Virus record (IMG/VR): IMGVR_UViG_3300050336_000035
Location: 1 to 64,000 of that record
Reading direction: 5' to 3' (one strand)
Length of the DNA: 64,000 nt
Source: a virus
Lineage: Duplodnaviria > Caudoviricetes
The translations under genes and the position numbers were made by a program. Below, in pieces: positions 61,901 through 64,000 of this stretch. Within the stretch, counting starts at the first letter, position 1. Every line of letters starts with the position of its first letter. A model generated the notes under the pieces. That model did no database searches, was not told where the DNA came from, and worked only from the letters and a program-made list of their open reading frames with translations.

Positions 61901-62937
61901 TGAGTTTTGAATATGTTAAATTTTCAAATATAGATGAATTAGTTTTTCAATATAACCAAGAATTGAAGAAAGAGTATTTAAGACAAAAACCATTAGAGAC
62001 AGCAAGAAGTGATTATAAAACTATGGTATCTGTTGATGAATATGAAACATTATTAAAAAAACCTGTATATGATTTTTCGCTAGTAGAACGAAATGAATTG
62101 ATGATGATGAAATTCAGAAATACTACTGTTCATGCAGTTCTTTCGACAGCTTCAAAGATTAAAGGATATATAGATTATTGTGTTAGAGCAGGTGAAGTAC
62201 CTCACAATCAAAATATTTTTGACACTTTTATTAAATCTGAAGCTATGAAATTTGTAAGTAAACATGCTACTGAATTTAGATATATAACTCCAGAACGGTT
62301 AAATGAATATATTCATATTTTAAAAAATTGGCAAGACAAATGTCTAATAAGATTAATAAATGAAGGGGTAAGGGGAAGAACGGTTAAAGGTGGAACATTA
62401 GAAGAAATTATTAATCTACAAATTAAACCTAATAGTGAAGACACAAAAAATTGTATTTTAAGATTAGTAGGTAATGATGGTTCTTTTCGAGAACTTCAAG
62501 TAACTCGTGAAGTAATGGATTTAGTTTTAATGACATATCAGTCAGAAGAATATTTACCAAATAACGGAATTGATGATAAATCTGTAGAAAAGAAAAAAGG
62601 CGCTAAAAAATATACAATTAATAGATATAAAAATTATGTATTTTGTGCTTTAGGAAATAGTAAATTTGGAACATTAAATCCAATAACAATAAATGCTAGA
62701 CTTCAAAAAATTCAGGAATATTGTGATAATCAATTTATTACTGTCTATAATTTATATATGAGTGGAATGATAACTAAAGCAATAGAAATTTACAAAGAAA
62801 AAGGTGAATTAACTTCACAAGATTATATAAATATTTGTTTTAAGTATAAATATGGTGGAGATACGCCTGAAAAATATATGTCTAAATTGAAATATGAAGT
62901 AGAAACCTATTTAAAAGGTGGTATTCAAGATGCTTGA
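61900..62937 (+). CDS. Degenerate tyrosine-recombinase-fold repressor (MrpR/YopR/SroF-like)
   Basis: SAM-like N-terminus (K.VYDFS..E...YIDYC), EGVRG...EIINL; HxxR box replaced by NLYMSG. Confidence 0.72.
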   Translation: MSFEYVKFSNIDELVFQYNQELKKEYLRQKPLETARSDYKTMVSVDEYETLLKKPVYDFSLVERNELMMMKFRNTTVHAVLSTASKIKGYIDYCVRAGEVPHNQNIFDTFIKSEAMKFVSKHATEFRYITPERLNEYIHILKNWQDKCLIRLINEGVRGRTVKGGTLEEIINLQIKPNSEDTKNCILRLVGNDGSFRELQVTREVMDLVLMTYQSEEYLPNNGIDDKSVEKKKGAKKYTINRYKNYVFCALGNSKFGTLNPITINARLQKIQEYCDNQFITVYNLYMSGMITKAIEIYKEKGELTSQDYINICFKYKYGGDTPEKYMSKLKYEVETYLKGGIQDA

Positions 62938-63379
62938 GTATTTAAATAGAAAAGAAAAGATTCTTGTTGGTCTAAAAAACGGATTGACTAACAAAGGATA
63001 TTCTTTTAAAACACTTGCAGGAATTAATGGTAAAATTGATTTATTACAAGAAATAAAAACAAATTATAACTATGAAGTTTTAAAGAATCTTATTGAAAGT
63101 ACAAATTACTCTATAATAAATCAAATCAAAGATGTAAAACATGGATTAGATAATGTTTCTATCATAAATGATAGGAAAAGTGATTTCTATTTATATGCTA
63201 TTAAAACAGATGATATTAAAGAAAAAGATAATGAAGTTTTAAGAGAATCTTTTCTAAGTGATAATACATTAATTTATATTGCTGAAAAAAGCATTGGAAA
63301 TTTTTATGTTATTTTTAGTAAAAAGAAATATGAAGGTAAACACGAATATATTGCTAATCGTTGGCAGCAAGGGAGATAA
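62930..63379 (+). CDS. Hypothetical protein
   Basis: Start moved to MLEY, overlapping previous stop. Confidence 0.6.
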   Translation: MLEYLNRKEKILVGLKNGLTNKGYSFKTLAGINGKIDLLQEIKTNYNYEVLKNLIESTNYSIINQIKDVKHGLDNVSIINDRKSDFYLYAIKTDDIKEKDNEVLRESFLSDNTLIYIAEKSIGNFYVIFSKKKYEGKHEYIANRWQQGR

Positions 63380-63383
63380 TACT

Positions 63384-63791
63384 ATGAATATAGGAGAAAA
63401 AATTCAAAAATTAAAAGAATCTATGAATTTTAAGGATTATCAAGAGTTTGGAAAAGCAGTAGGACTACCTGGAGATTGGATAAAAGATGCTTTATCAAAA
63501 AAAGAATCAATCACTACAGTTGATATTACTAGATTAATTAAAATTGCAGAATACTTTAATGTTACATTAGATTGGTTGTTAAAAGATAATAATGAATGGG
63601 TTATAAAGTATAAAGAAGGATTTAAAGAAGGACTTACATCTGATGATATAGGCATAATGCTGGATGAAATTGATAATAAATTATGTGAAACGAATAATAA
63701 ATTTTATGGCTATAATATGAATAAAGATACTATAATTTTATGTAAAGATGCTTTAGATGAAGTGAAAAAGTTAATTAAAGATAATTTATAA
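63384..63791 (+). CDS. XRE-family HTH repressor
   Basis: IGEKIQKLK...LIKIAEYFNVTLDWLL. Confidence 0.82.
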   Translation: MNIGEKIQKLKESMNFKDYQEFGKAVGLPGDWIKDALSKKESITTVDITRLIKIAEYFNVTLDWLLKDNNEWVIKYKEGFKEGLTSDDIGIMLDEIDNKLCETNNKFYGYNMNKDTIILCKDALDEVKKLIKDNL

Positions 63792-64000
63792 TAATATATA
63801 AGGGCTATAAGCCCTTATTACAAGATTAAGTGTAATAAATTTTCCTCTGACAATGATGTCATCTCTAAATACCTCTATTACATAAGAATTACTTAAGGGG
63901 ATGACAGAATGCAGTTTAGAAAAATAGAACAGAATAAAGTGTATGAAACATGGGAGTTTAGAAGTAAAAATGGATTAGTTGCATACATATTTAGAATGCC

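Larger units (their letters stand above)
1..64000. mobile_element. Large SPbeta-like temperate phage/prophage of a Clostridia-like host
   Basis: yonO-yonJ-yonG-yonF-yonE-like synteny, yopQ/yopR-like pair, no host housekeeping block. Confidence 0.85.

Noticed and set aside
61900-62937. Active prophage integrase
   Set aside because: HxxR and downstream H/Y motifs are not recognisable; fits a MrpR-like repressor better.
6593-63655. Short antisense or nested ORFs in the track (e.g. 6593-6775, 8272-8466, 23671-24012, 42515-42847, 59630-60103, 61196-61504)
   Set aside because: Shadows of longer genes on the opposite strand or frame, without RBS.

Overview
AT-rich (roughly a quarter G+C, estimated by eye) segment of a large temperate phage/prophage of a spore-forming Firmicute, most likely clostridial, with SPbeta-like organisation. 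Left arm (1-20.4 kb, minus strand): portal (partial), terminase large and probable small subunits, metallophosphoesterase, Hsp20, holin, MBL/beta-CASP nuclease, a probable large structured RNA, YonO-type single-subunit RNA polymerase, AntA antirepressor, RepL-like wHTH protein, GIY-YIG proteins and a short tyrosine recombinase. The strand switch (20.4-21.7 kb) carries a perfect chromosomal-type parS. Right arm (21.7-64 kb, plus strand): many small early/accessory genes behind strong sigmaA promoters, a type II hammerhead ribozyme, a GGTAACAGC repeat cluster, peptide deformylase, three tandem ParB-fold genes, two solo TnpB-family nucleases and a lysis-lysogeny region. Two observations stand out. 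(1) About 36 copies of an 18-bp inverted-arm site (5 bp-N8-5 bp), most lying at or just after stop codons, divide the accessory region into gene-sized cassettes, like an integron-type array. (2) An agr-type peptide-signalling cassette (DUF5317, kinase-less membrane sensor, unannotated AgrD, HTH-MazF fusion, AgrB) lies where SPbeta carries arbitrium, upstream of a LexA-boxed small gene and SroE/YopQ-like and MrpR/YopR-like genes. All family calls come from motif recognition and synteny by eye; no database search was run.
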